This document shows, one piece after another, positions 1 through 12,191 of a stretch of 64,000 bases of DNA. The DNA comes from Squalus acanthias (lineage: Eukaryota). The notes beneath the pieces were generated by a model, which did no database searches, had not been told where the DNA came from, and saw nothing but the letters and a program-made list of their open reading frames with translations. Position 1 is the stretch's first letter. Every line of letters starts with the position of its first letter. The translations under genes and the position numbers were made by a program. The stretch is from positions 111,168,001-111,232,000 of the forward strand of contig CM059431.1 in assembly GCA_030390025.1 (NCBI GenBank). The letters are read 5' to 3'.

Positions 1-1900
1 ATGTAGATTAAAGTCCCCCATGATTACAGTATTGCCCTTGTTACATGCACTTCTAATTTCTTGATTGATACTGTGCCCTACATTACCATTACTGTTTGGT
101 GACTTATACACAACTCCCACCAATGTTTTCCGCTCTTTGCTGTTTCTTAGCTCCACCCAAACTGATTCCAGTTCTACATCACGATCTGCCGAGCCAAGAT
201 CTTTTATCTCTACCGTACCGATCTCATCCCTTATTAACCGCGCTATGCCACCTCCTTTTCCTTTCTGTCTGTCCTTCCTAAATGTTGAGTACCCTGGAAC
301 ATTCAGTTCCCAGCCTTGGTTACCCTGCAACCATGTCTCTGTAATGTCAAGTACATCATACCCATTTACTTCTATTTGTGCCATTAATTCATCCACCTTG
401 TTGTGAATGCTACGTGCATTTAGATAAAGTGCCTTCAACTTTGCCTGCTCAAGATTTTTCTGCACTATGACCCTCTTTACTGTTGGTCTTTGTTTCTGCT
501 CCCTACTAGTTTTGCTGACTACTTTTCTAACTTTCACTTCCAGCTTTGTTTCTCTCCATTCTGGGCCCACACTTAGGTTCCCAGCCCCCTGACAAACTAG
601 TTTAATCCATCCCAACAGCATTAGCAAACCCCACTGCGAGGATATTGGTCCCGGTTCTGCTGAGGTGTAACCCATCCAGCTTGTACAGGTCCCACCTTCC
701 CCAGAATTGGTCCCAATGCCTCAGGAATTTAAATCCCTCCCTCCTACACCATCTCTCCAGCCACTCAATCATCTGGTCTATTCTCCTATTTCTGCTCTCG
801 CTAGCACGTGGCACTGGGAGTAATCCTGAGATTACTGCCTTTGGGGTCCTGCTTTTTAATTTATTTCCTAGCTCCCTATATTCTGTTTGCAGGACCTCGT
901 CCCTCTTTCTACCTATGTCGTTGGAACCGATATGGACCACGACCTCTGGCTGTTCACCCTCCCCCTTCAGAATGTCCTTCAGCCATTCATTGACATCCTT
1001 GACCTAGGCACCAGGGAAGCAACATACTATCCTGGAGTCACGTCTGCGGCCACAGAAACGTCTATCTGTTCCCCTTACGATAGAATCCCCTATCACTATT
1101 GCTCTCCCACTCTTTTTCCTCCCCTCCTGTGCAGCTGAGCCACTCATACTGCCACGGACTTGGCTCTTGCTGCATTCCCCTGAGAAACCAACAGTATCCA
1201 AAACGGAAAATCTGTTGGAGAGGGAGATGGACCCTTCCTAGTTCTTTTATTCTGTCTGGCAGTCACCCATTCCCTTTCTGACTGTGGACTCTTTACCTGC
1301 GGTGTGACCACCTCGTTAAACGTGCTATTCACGTAGATCTCAGCCTCGCGGATGCTCCACAGTGACTCCAGCCGCTGCTCCAGATCTGAAATGCGGATTT
1401 CGAGCAGCTGCACACGTGTTCGCCCTGGACACTGAAAGTGTCCCTGACTTCCCACATAGCACAGGAGGAGCACTCCATGCTGCCGAGCTTCCCTGCCATG
1501 TCCTACCCTTAATTTACTCCCTTTACTTCCTCTAAATTAAAGAATATTAAATACACTAGGGACCTTACTTCACTTTAAACACTACTTACTCTAAACTAGA
1601 GACCTTACTTTTACTTTAACGACTGGACTGTAGAAATACTCACCAGGTCCTACTTACCAATCAGCTCCTTCCCTGGTTTTCACGTCACTTCAGCGGTTTT
1701 GCAGTTGTTGTTGTTGTTGTTTGACTGCTCCCGCTCTCGGACACTTTCCTGGGTGTAAAGTAAGAACCAATTCCTACAGGGTGAAAAGTTAGGGAAAGCA
1801 AAGGCGAAGCAAGGGAGCTCCTCCTTCCACTCCTCACCCACCTAACTCCCTCACTCACCCAACTCTCAGCACTCTGTTCAAACCGCACTTAGTGCAGATC
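1..1900 (-). mobile_element. CR1 LINE, 5' portion (5'UTR, ORF1, start of ORF2 APE endonuclease); continues beyond window start
   Basis: Minus-strand ORF1 fragments with SGNH esterase motifs (IVIGDSIVRG, VHIGSNDI, DGLHL); bases 1-430 encode APE motifs on the minus strand (VVYKSPN, MGDFNLH). 5' boundary approximate. Confidence 0.9.
602..1499 (-). pseudogene. CR1 ORF1 (zinc finger/leucine zipper + SGNH esterase), disrupted
   Basis: Split ORFs 1144-1473, 1004-1201 and 602-940 are collinear with ORF1 at 19518-20458. Confidence 0.85.
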
Positions 1901-2210
1901 GCACTGTGAAGCCTGTTTTTATAGGCCTAGTTTCCCTAATTAACTGCCTTTAGCTGCTCTGAATTATCCTCTGCCTTCTCCGGGGCTGCTGACTCCTTTC
2001 AGGTCCTAGTGTCAAAGGGTTGGATATGATGGCCCCTCACCCCCATCACCACCAGCCCCCCACCCCCTGCCCCCGATTTGCAACTGCTGGCTGACCTTTT
2101 TTCAGGTGTGGCTGTGCGTTGAAATTCTCCCCCAATCACATCCTTGTGGGGTAGTGATGCATTTTGATGCAAATTGTGTCAATGGGTTAAGTGGCAAACA
2201 AAAAATGTCA

Positions 2211-2520
2211 GGCCAGAATTTCCTGGTAACTTGCACCATAGAAATGGCGTATCTATGACTTGAAGCATTATTCTAGTGCAGAGGTTCCAGGGAATAACGG
2301 CTTAAGTGACTTACGCCATTATATACGCCATGCCATGATCTCCTGGGACCGCTGCCGTTACCCTCGCTGAAACAGTGAGAACTTAATGAACTTAATAGCA
2401 CCGCCTCGTTAAAATCAATTGAGATCGTGAATTTCCTGAATTAACTCCTGTTTTCTCACCGCCACCATTTAGACTGAAAAATAATGACACTGGAGACCTG
2501 ACTGCACTGTGATTTATTTA
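2211..2520. mobile_element. Probable Harbinger-type MITE fragment
   Basis: Starts GGCCAGAATTT, similar to the start at 6310; no partner TIR found. Confidence 0.35.
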
Positions 2521-2536
2521 AACACGTTCTCCGATT

Positions 2537-3554
2537 GTACCGCAGGGATCGGTGCTGGGTCCTTTGCTGTTTGTAGTGTACATTAATGATTTAGATATGA
2601 ATGTAGGAGGTATGATCAGTAAGTTCGCAGATGACACGAAAATTGGTGGGGTGGTAAATAGCGAGGAGGGAAGCCTCAGGCTACAGGACGATATAGATGG
2701 GTTGGTCAGATGGGCAGAACAGTGGCAAATGGAATTTAACCCTGAAAAGTGTGAGGTGATGCATTTTGGGAGGACTAACAAGGCAAGGGAATACACAATG
2801 AATGGTAGGATCCTAGGAAGGACAGAGGATCAGAGGGACCTTGGTGTGCATGTACATAGATCCCTGAAGGCAGCAGGACAGGTAGATAAGGTGGTTAAAA
2901 AGGCATATGGAATACTTGCCTTCATTAGCCGAGGCATAGAATATAAGAGCAGGGAGGTTATGATGGAGCTGTACAAAACGCTAGTTAGGCCACAGCTGGA
3001 ATACTGTGTGCAGTTCTGGTCGCCACTCTATAGGAAGGATGTGATTGCATTGGAGAGGGTGCAGAGGAGATTCACCAGGATGTTACCTGGGCTGCAGCGC
3101 TTCAGCTATGAAGAGAGACTGGACAGGCTGGGGTTGTTTTCCTTAGAGCAGAGAAGGCTGAGAGGGGACCCGATTGAGGTGTACAAAATTATGAGGGGCA
3201 TAGATAGGGTAGAGAGATAGGGTAGATAGAAAGGAACTTTTCCCCTTAGTAGAGGGGTCAATAACCAGGGGGCATAGTTTCAAGGTAAGGGGCAGGAGGT
3301 TTAGAGGGGATTTGAGGAAAAACTTTTTCACCCAGAGGGTGGTTGGAATCTGGAACTCACTGCCTGAAAGGATGGTAGAGGCAGGAACCCTCACAAAATT
3401 CAAGAAGCATTTAGATGAGCACTTGAAACGCCATAGCATACAAGGCTACGGACCAAGTGCTGGAAAATGGGATTAGAATAGACAGGGCTTGATGGCTGGT
3501 GCGGAGACGATGGGCCGAAGGGCCTCTTTCTGTGCTGTATAACTCTGACTCTAT
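2537..3554 (+). mobile_element. 5'-truncated CR1 LINE (RT C-terminus + 3'UTR)
   Basis: PQGSVLGP, KFADDTK and VRPQLEYCVQFWSP motifs (ORF 2552-3220); ends in a CTCTGACTCTAT tail. Confidence 0.95.
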
Positions 3555-4437
3555 GGGGGGAAAATTCAGTTGGTTGCACCTCCCGTTAGCGCCTTAAGAG
3601 GGCGCTAATGGGGCGCAAAGCAGCTAGCGCCTGGGCGCGGCGAAGTTTGCGCCGCTCGCGAAATTAACTAGACATTTTGCGGCGGCGCTAAACACTACCG
3701 CCACGATCTCCTGCGCCAGCAGATCATGACGTCACTCGAGTGCGCAACACCCCGGTATCGCCCCGGAGCGGATATTAAGTGGCGCCTCCTGCCTTACCGC
3801 CTGACGCTAGCAACGACAGGTTGAGGGGAGCGTTCTGCAGTCATGAAGGGAAAGGGGGAGCGCTATTTAAAGGTGACCGCTTCCTGCCTTTTATTGTTGG
3901 TGCCATTTTTGAACTACGCATTCTGAGAGAGAGAGGGAGAGACTTCTGGAGAGATTCAACGTTGTGTGAAGGAGTTTTGGGCACTTTGCAGGTTCATTTT
4001 GATTTGCCATTCCTTGTATCGATTTAGCAGAGACTGTGGGGGCTGCACTCTGAGCTCTTTGCCTGGTACTCTCCATTGTTCTTTCCAGCACATTTGATGT
4101 GCAGGTCTCTCCAGGCCGAGATTCAAGGCTGCAATGAGCAGGATGTGGATGGAAAGCAAGATTAACCATCCCCTTTAAGAACTGGCCCGTGCCATTGTGT
4201 GTGTGTTCCATTGCTGACTGACATCACATGAACTTCGCCAGCGCTCTGAGGTAGCGCCTCGCTCCTCGGCCTTTGCGCCTTAAGACAGGTGTGAGGCGCC
4301 TGATTTAGCGCTCCAATCACCTCCCGGGGCGTTAAAAGTGAAGTTTCCAGTCAGTGGCGATAATTAGCGCCAGGCGCTAATTTTTGCGCCCGGACGATAT
4401 TTGCGCCCCAAATGGGGCGCGACTGAATTTTTCCCCC
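3555..4437. mobile_element. Harbinger-type MITE (883 bp)
   Basis: 16-bp TIR GGGGGGAAAATTCAGT / ACTGAATTTTTCCCCC with 1 mismatch; 3-bp TSD TAT at 3552-3554 and 4438-4440; no coding capacity. Confidence 0.85.
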
Positions 4438-5380
4438 TATGTATTTTGAATGAAGTGTTTGCTGGTCAGGACTTGTTGAAAGACAGGTTCTTAAACCATT
4501 GTCATGACAATAAAAACGGATTATTAATGATTCTTTTCTATTAAGTATTTTTTCTATTTAAGCATTAATTGTTGCTAATCAGCTACTTCATAAGTTTGTT
4601 TAGCTAAAAGATCCCTCGAGAATAAATAAGTGCCAATAAAAGACAATTGAACAATCGCGTATTGATAAGTGTACAAATAATGGTTAATCCATGCATCAAT
4701 TAGGCCGGAGTCTGCAACAAAAGCTCTCACAAAGAATATCGGTCCCTAAAGTCATGAAGTTGTAGGAGTCTTAGAAGATGCTGGCCCCAGCTCATCCCTC
4801 ATATTTTGATTAAAATACTCTGTATCTGTATGACATGCCAGTTTTATGGACCGGATAATCTAATAAAACGTGCCTCACTTTTGCTCAAGGTTAGAAAAGG
4901 CTTAGACTTAATTGGAGACCCAACCTGCTTCAGTCCGAGGTTATTTTTCTCAATCATTAATTGTTAAGATGAAGATGCTCTGGGAGATTCCTGTTGCTAT
5001 TTCCAGCAGCTAATCCTCGCTCCCTCCATAAAGGTGAAATACTTTGCATCAATTTTGCAGCCAGAGATGGCTGCACGGGGACTGATTTCAATAAAATGCA
5101 GGCTTTAACTTGATGAAATTATCGGGACGTCTTCTCGAAAAATGCGAATTGTACAGATTCCCATTTTAAATAACTCAGCAATTATATCTAAAGTGCAGCA
5201 GCAAAGGAGTAGGAGCAGAATTAACCTGATAAACACAGAACACCTTCCTCATTTCAGCTTTAAATTGCGAGTGTTAAAATGGATTGACTTGGGGCATTTT
5301 ATTTGAACAATTAACAACAGACTCAACAAATGAGTGTAACAATCTGGATACTCCCAGCTACTTCAGTGGTGTTTTTCAGA

Positions 5381-5556
5381 TGGGTCAAAATCCTGGAACT
5401 CCCTCCCTAACAGCACTGTGGGAGTACCTTCACCACACGGACTGCAGCGGTTCAAGAAGGCGGCTCACCACCACCTTCTCGAGGGCAATTAGGGATGGGC
5501 AATAAATGCTGGCCGTGCCAGCGACGCCCACATCCCATAAACAAATAGAAAAAAAG
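5381..5556 (+). mobile_element. 3' end of a jockey-group (L2/CR1/Crack-like) LINE
   Basis: Same tail (GGGCAATAAATGCTGGCC...CACATCCC, A-rich end) as at 7805, 25240, 28172 and the SINE at 54694. Confidence 0.8.
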
Positions 5557-6033
5557 ATGAGGTGAGGGATGAAAAGTGTCTAAGTTAAACCAGTTTAGTC
5601 AGAACCAACTTTGATAATTATCACTTGTAAGTATTAAGAGCTGATAAACATAGACTACTATCAGGCTAAAGAGGGGATTGGGATCCTCCAATTCTGTTTC
5701 AAAGCACCATTTATATTGGGCGGTGATAAGCAAGTCACAGTTTCTTCCATTTAATAAATGGTATCCACCTAATATTTTCCACAGTTGAATTCCTTCTTTT
5801 GTGCGACTATTGTCTCACATTTTCACAATGGGTTACTGCGAATAATAACATTTAAATTCGAACTTTCATATCCTGAAGCACAAGATTGCGGATTTTTCAA
5901 TTTTATTTAATTTTCGTCACCAGTAAGTGTAGAAAAGTGCAATAACCTTTGAAAGTAACTGTTATATTAGCTTTTACTTATTTTCTTAAACTTCGATTAA
6001 TAAATGCAGAAAATGCATAAATGTATCCCAAAA

Positions 6034-6037
<4 letters not shown>

Positions 6038-6064
<27 letters not shown>
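6038..6064. repeat. (TA)n microsatellite
   Basis: Directly visible. Confidence 0.95.
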
Positions 6065-6068
<4 letters not shown>

Positions 6069-6309
6069 AACCAAACATGCTAAAAATTACTTACTGTTAT
6101 GAATAGGTATAAACTATTAATGTGAAAGTATCACTTTTAATTGACGGTTTCAGCAATTGTCCAGGGAGTGTGGAAAGTACAATGGCCATCAGCTGCATCA
6201 CTTCGGATTCAGCGCTTTGCTCAGTGAAGCGGTTTCTTATCAGTTTTCCAGCAAATTTTGGAGTGAATTTGCTACTGGAGGTACGGGGCATGCAATGGTA
6301 TAACTTATT

Positions 6310-7012
6310 GGGCCAGAATCTGCGGTGGGTAACAACAGCGAACTGTCAGCGTTTGCTGTTATTACCCCTTTGAAACTGACCGCATCTAAACGCGGAAATC
6401 CTGTCATTCACTGCTCCGACACTGGCTGTGCTGTGGCCCCCCTCCCCACCCACCACCACCACCCACCTCCCACCCATCATAGCCGGCAATCAGTGAAATC
6501 AGTGGAACTGACGGAAACTTGGGCTTTTCCACAGTAATATCACTGTTAAATACCCCATTAAATGTTAGGCCTTGTTGGATTAGGTGTAACTGGGATTTTA
6601 GCAGTGTGGTGACTGCTAAATAAACATTATGGCCATGAATAACGAATTTTAATTTTGTGGAGTGTAAAATTTCTTCATAATGATGAAAATTACAATTTTT
6701 AAGAAACTTTTTAAAAAATTATAATTTTTTTAAGTTTGTTCCTATTTATTTCAGGTTTACCTTTTCCCCATGTGAGAGCCCCAATCTTTGTTTGGCTCTC
6801 TGTAACATTTTTTTAAAGTCTGAATAAAAGCAACTTGGTTCGCAGTCTGTGAGAATTCCGCATTGTGATTGGCTGCTTAGACAGCTTGCTGACATCACAG
6901 CAGCTCGCGTTAGGGATTCCCCACTATTCTACACTGATCTCACTTATGCGTCGAGAAAGGCAAACTTCTCGCCACAGAGATCGCGAGATCGCCATTGCAG
7001 GATTATTCTGGA
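6310..7012. mobile_element. Degenerate MITE-like element
   Basis: Starts GGGCCAGAATC with a possible decayed inverted end ATTCTGG near 7005; boundaries approximate. Confidence 0.35.
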
Positions 7013-7804
7013 TGTTGTCACTTGTTTGAGAAACTCAAAGCCCTTTTAATCAAATCCGTATATGTTTTGATATTCTGGTCATGTAGAGTGGTCTATTGGC
7101 ATCTGACTGCTGGTAGCCTGTTGGTCAGTACGCCTCCAAGCACTCCGCCAATCTTGGTTCCACAAGTGATCTGAGGCCGTGATTGGACTAAGCCCGACCC
7201 TAAGCAATTTAATGCAGGTTGGGGAGAACATATCTCTGTTGTCTGGTTACAGAAACTCATGCGTTAATAGGGCCAGCTCACCCCCAACTTTGTGAGGACT
7301 TAGATTTTAGAGATTATAAGGGGGAATTTTAACACCTGGGTGGAATATCAGTTACTTGCACAGGCCGCCCACTGGGGACCTGCAGTGGGAGGCCCGGTCT
7401 ATTTTAACGGCTGGCTCTCATTAACTTTCCACCAGCCAGAGGCAGCTCACTGGCTTGCAGTCTGTGAAGATCGGACAGCCCAGAGGTTGGTGGCAGGGGG
7501 TGGGGTGGTTGGGGGGGGGGGTGCGTTTAGGAGCATTTTGTGGGGCGGGAGTGGTGGAGCCTGGGTCGCAGTGGCTGAAACTTTCTTTGTGGAGCCCGAA
7601 GACAAAGGTAAATTGAGTGACAAAGATAAGTTTTAAATGTACGTGATGGGATCTCCATTGGGTGTCCAACAGGTTTTACTGAGTGGAAAATCCGTGGCAG
7701 ATGTTCTGCTCAGAGGACAGTTAAAATTGCATCGGAGTTCTAATGACATTATCGGACCCCCAATTTACACTTATTCATGGAGCACTCGTTGGGCACACAA
7801 CATT

Positions 7805-8004
7805 CTGACTTGGAAATATATCGCCATTCCTTCATCTTCGCTGGGTCAAAATCCTGGAACTCCCTCCCTAACAGCACCTTCACCACACGGACTGCAGCAG
7901 TTCAAGAAGGCGGCTCACCACCACCTTCTCAAGGGCAATTAGGGATGGGCAATAAATGCTGGCCTTGCCAGCGATGCCCACATCCCAGGAATGAATGAAA
8001 AAAA
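7805..8004 (+). mobile_element. LINE 3' end fragment (same family as 5381)
   Basis: Near-identical to 5381-5556. Confidence 0.8.
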
Positions 8005-8027
8005 TACCTCAACTGCCCAAGAAATAA

Positions 8028-8310
8028 GAACATGAGAACATAAGAAATAGGAGCAGGAGTAGGCCATTCGGCCCTTCGAGCCTGCTCCGCCATTCAATGA
8101 GATCATGGCTGATCTTCTGCCTCAACTCCATTCACTGGTCCTATCGCCAAATCCCTTGATGTCCTTACTAGTCAGAAATCTATCGACTTCTGTTTTGAAT
8201 ATACCCAATGACTGAGCCTCCACAGCCCTCTGGGGTAGAGAATTCCAAAGATTCACCACCTCTCTGTTTGAAGAAATTTCCTCTCAACTCAGTCCTGAAT
8301 GGCCTACCAT
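8028..8310 (-). mobile_element. CR1 3' end fragment
   Basis: Reverse complement of the CR1 3'UTR seen at ~16570-16828 and ~35880-36155. Confidence 0.85.
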
Positions 8311-8544
8311 TTAGGTAGCGTGAAATGGGTGGTAAGTGCACAGCTTAGAATTTAACTCCTGTTCTTCCAGGTTTCTATTGGGCAGAGGGAATTAAATTTC
8401 CCCCTATGAATTCAAATCTCTCCAAAACTCAAAAAACCTAATCTAAGTATTGCGATGTGATATTCATGCCACAGTACAGATCGCAATTTATATCTGTTTA
8501 AAATTCTCTGCACATACACAGAATTTCAAAGTAGAGATAACAAG

Positions 8545-8655
8545 AAAGAAACCGTAAATGCTGGAATTCTGAAATATAACAGACAATGCTGCAAATGCAA
8601 AATAGGTCCATCAGCACCTATCATTTAGGGTATAGGCTTTTTGTCAGAACTCAAA
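8545..8655. repeat. Decayed copy of the Penelope-derived palindromic element (cf. 61346), split by the element at 8656
   Basis: AATGCTGGAATTCTGAAATATAACAGACAATGCTG resembles 61365-61402; continues as GGGTCT at 21318. Confidence 0.4.
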
Positions 8656-10686
8656 GGGCTGGATGTTGCAGGGGGCCAGCGGGCATGTTCGGTGGCAGGT
8701 CGGGTGAGAAAGCATATTTTTCCCCCAGCAGGTCGGGACCCCGCTGTGAACCCGCCGCCACGCGCCTTTACCAAATGTCGAGTCTGTCAGCGCTAAGCAC
8801 ACCCGAGACGCAGTGGCGGGGGCGGCAATTAAAATCATTAGTGGCTTGTTTACAGCCACTTATCAATGGTTTCTCCCAGCTTTTTGAATTTGACAGGTCG
8901 CCCACCAGTTTCCCGCTGTGCCTAGACCTCGACTGTGAAGCTGAGGCAGGAGGTCAGTAGCCATTGAATCAGCTGATGAGTTGACAGCTTCAAATGTCAA
9001 GTCAAAGCTCCCAGCTGATTGAGAAATGTTCGCTTAACCACTAGCTTCTCTAAACTGCATTTCCACTACAGATTCAGGATGCTGCAAGTCTTTACACAAG
9101 TCTCCATCCAGTCTGACCTCATTACCTCTCCCACCATTGACAGATCGCTTCTGTCATCTCTATTTCAACTGCCATCTATTCCATCAGCATGGGTGCCCTT
9201 GAAACTCTCTCACCCTGGTCCTCAGAATCCCACCATGATCAGCCCCAACACCAGCATCACCAGGCACACCAGCAGCACCAGCACACCAGAAGCACCAACA
9301 ACAACACCAACCTTCTCCGCAATCAACTGATGTTGCACAGGACAGAGGGCATCAGCACCCGACCACATTGTTGCCCGGGAGGCCAGGGATGGCCTCACCG
9401 TGGCCAGATTGACTTCACTTGACGCTGTACACCCTGGTTGCCACATGATGCACCAGGTTGGCACCACCCCACACCAACACCATAAAGCATCCCTACAATG
9501 CCCAAGCCATTCCTTTCACACTCATCACCATTGCAGGGGTCACTGTTATGTCTCACCATTCACTGCAACTCACGAAGCCACTTCCAAAGGTGCACACAAA
9601 TCTGTCCAAGAACACAAAGTGTTGAAAATAAAGGTTTCAATGTTTGACAGCAAATTAAATGAACATTGCATAAAACACCCAAGTGCTTGTATGATTGTAT
9701 TAGGATGAGGGTGAGTGTAAGGGGTAGCTACTGAGAGGGGGATGTGATAATGTAAATAGAGAGGGATGGGTGGAAGTGCAAGGTAAGTTGCTGTGAGTAA
9801 GGATGTGCAGGAGTAGGGTAGGGAAGGCAGAGTGATGGGGATGTGATGAGAGGCACAGCAGGATGAGGTTCAGTGTGGCTTTGTACTAACGTTTCGTGAT
9901 CTACTGAGATAATTGAAATGTTTGCAGCACTGCAACCAGGTCCTCCTGACCACATCCCTGCTTGTGCCCTCTTCTGCAATGTGCAATCACATTGTGTTGA
10001 TCTCCTGGGGAGGTCTCTTCCACCCTTAGGGAAGGGGAGAGGACCTCCCTGTGTGCTGTGACTCCCTCCATAAGCATAATCATATGGAGGAAGTCATGGG
10101 AGAGCCTGGGTGCAGCCCTGCACCTCTGTGCAGTCATTTTCAGTCATAGAGTCACCGGGCTGGATTTTCATAGGGCCATTGAGGTGGGATTGAAGGCGTG
10201 TGGGTGGTTAAAATTGCAGAAACTGGCAGGCGGGCCCGATCCCGCCTCCAGCCCGCCTCCACGCAATTTTGATGAAATCGTGTCTACTAGTCCCGTCTCC
10301 GTCCCGCCTCCAAGAGGCGGGAGAGGCCATTAATGCCCTTAACAAGTCCTAAATTGGCTCTGTAATGCCATTTTGATAGTTTTTTGCTAGTTTAACCCTT
10401 TTCCCACGTGAAGCACGCCTGATCTGAAACACGCCGGTGAAACCTGGCGGGAGCACAAGTGGATTGCTGACTCTCAGCTGCAGCTCAACCATTAAATAGG
10501 AGATTTGATCAGCCATCATTTGCAGGTGGCAGGACTTTGTTGTCACAGGTCTGGGGGAACTTTTAGAAGGCATAACCACAGCTCTGGAAGTTTGGAGCCT
10601 GACACCCATCTCCAGTGTGAGCTCCTGGGAAACCCCTCTCGCCACCCTCATTGAGCGCTTCCTCAACTGAGGCATATACCAGAGGC

Positions 10687-11934
10687 ATGGGAGCGATTTA
10701 TTTCCTTCCCTCCTGGGCAGCAGATGAGGACGAACACCAGCCGTGGCACCAGCAGAACCATGAACAACAGCAGCAACAACAGCAGCAGCAACAGCAGGAG
10801 CACCAAGCTGCTGCTCACCCACCTGAAGCTGCACAGGCCAGAAGGGGCCAGCACATGGAAGGCTGTCGGTGCAGGAGATACCCCCCAAACAGGGTCTACA
10901 GACACAGTGTCAGCTACCTCAACATGTCTGAGCAGCAGTGCCAAAGGCGGCTCCAACTTTCGCGAGAGGTAGTGGGTGACATCTGCGCAATGCTGCAACA
11001 AGACCTGGAGCCCAGAGGACCAGGTGGACACCCCTTACCAGTGGCCGTCAAAGTCACCACCGCACTCAACTTTTTTGCCTCAGGCTCATTCCAGGGATCA
11101 GCAGCAGACATCAGCGGCATCTCCCAGGCGGCCGCACACACCTGCATCACGCAGGTAACCGATGCCCTCTTTGCCATCGCGCACAATCACATCCATTTCA
11201 CCAAGGATCGAGCAAGTGTCACGGCGCGTGCTGTTGGATTAGCTAATCTGGCAGGCTTTCCAAGGGTGCAGGGCATCGTTGACTGCACACATGTGGCCCT
11301 TAAGGCACCCCATTGCAATCCAGGTATTTTTGTCAACCGCAAGGGCTTCCACTCCCTCAACGTTCAGCTGGTGTGTGACCACAAGAAGGAAGTTTTGCAT
11401 GTTTGTGCCAAGTACCCTGGCAGTTGCCATGACTCCTTCATACTGCGCCAGTCTAGTGCGCCTCCGCTATTCAGTCCGCCAGACCAACTTCACGGATGGC
11501 TACTTGGAGACAAGGGCTATCCCCTGAAGACGTGGCTAATGACGCCATTGAGGAGCCCATCTAACGCAGCTGAGAAGAGCTACAACTCCAGCCACATTTC
11601 CACCAGAGCCATAATCGAGCAAACCATCGGTATGCTGAAGATGCGCTTCAGATGCCTGGATAGATCAGGTGGAGCCCTGCAATACTCAGCAGCCAGGGTC
11701 TCCAGAATCGTCGTGGTTTGCTGTGCACTTCACAACATGGCACAGCGTCGTGGCTTGCAGATGCCGGAGAACCAAGTGGCTCCTCACATAGCCTCCTTAG
11801 ATGAGGTGGAGGAGGAGGAGGAGGAGAGAGAGAATGAACAACTTGCAGAGGCCCATCAACCAGCGGTAGCATTACGCGAGACCATAGCTGCCCGGAATGC
11901 AAGGAACGCACTCATCTTGACCAGATTTGCTTAG
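10687..11934 (+). CDS. Harbinger DDE transposase (HARBI1-related family), intact 415-aa ORF with N-terminal polyQ and C-terminal polyE
   Basis: HTH region ([11 protein letters not shown]...GISQAAAH) and catalytic motifs [41 protein letters not shown]; no stops; ATG conserved in copies 2 and 3. Confidence 0.93.
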   Translation: MGAIYFLPSWAADEDEHQPWHQQNHEQQQQQQQQQQQEHQAAAHPPEAAQARRGQHMEGCRCRRYPPNRVYRHSVSYLNMSEQQCQRRLQLSREVVGDICAMLQQDLEPRGPGGHPLPVAVKVTTALNFFASGSFQGSAADISGISQAAAHTCITQVTDALFAIAHNHIHFTKDRASVTARAVGLANLAGFPRVQGIVDCTHVALKAPHCNPGIFVNRKGFHSLNVQLVCDHKKEVLHVCAKYPGSCHDSFILRQSSAPPLFSPPDQLHGWLLGDKGYPLKTWLMTPLRSPSNAAEKSYNSSHISTRAIIEQTIGMLKMRFRCLDRSGGALQYSAARVSRIVVVCCALHNMAQRRGLQMPENQVAPHIASLDEVEEEEEERENEQLAEAHQPAVALRETIAARNARNALILTRFA

Positions 11935-12191
11935 CCTAGACAATCAAGCACTTTTGCCTCGCAGCTTCTTACCAGAGCTAAGACAATGGCCCAGACCCAG
12001 CGGATCCCTAACAATTTGACCACCATACTGACAATTGCAAGTTATCCTAAGGCCTCATTGTGGAAGTCCCATTAGCGAAATGACAGATGCCACAACTGCA
12101 GCTGTAGCCATCAAAGTTTTTATTTACACTTAACACCTGATGGCTTTTTTACATTAAACATCAAATTTCACCCAAGTGACTACCCTTGTGA

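Larger units (their letters stand above)
7320..8404. mobile_element. Harbinger-type MITE carrying two nested LINE-tail insertions
   Basis: TIR GGGGGAATTTTAA / TTAAATTTCCCCC; flanks TAA / TAT. Confidence 0.65.

Noticed and set aside
11303..11323. 19-bp segment missing in copy 3 as a GC-AG micro-intron
   Set aside because: Too short and frame-breaking; explained by AGG microhomology deletion.
10651..11934. Domesticated host gene HARBI1, or a polyQ host protein
   Set aside because: Lies inside TIR-bounded elements with decayed paralogues in the same window; it is a transposon gene, so no symbol is assigned.
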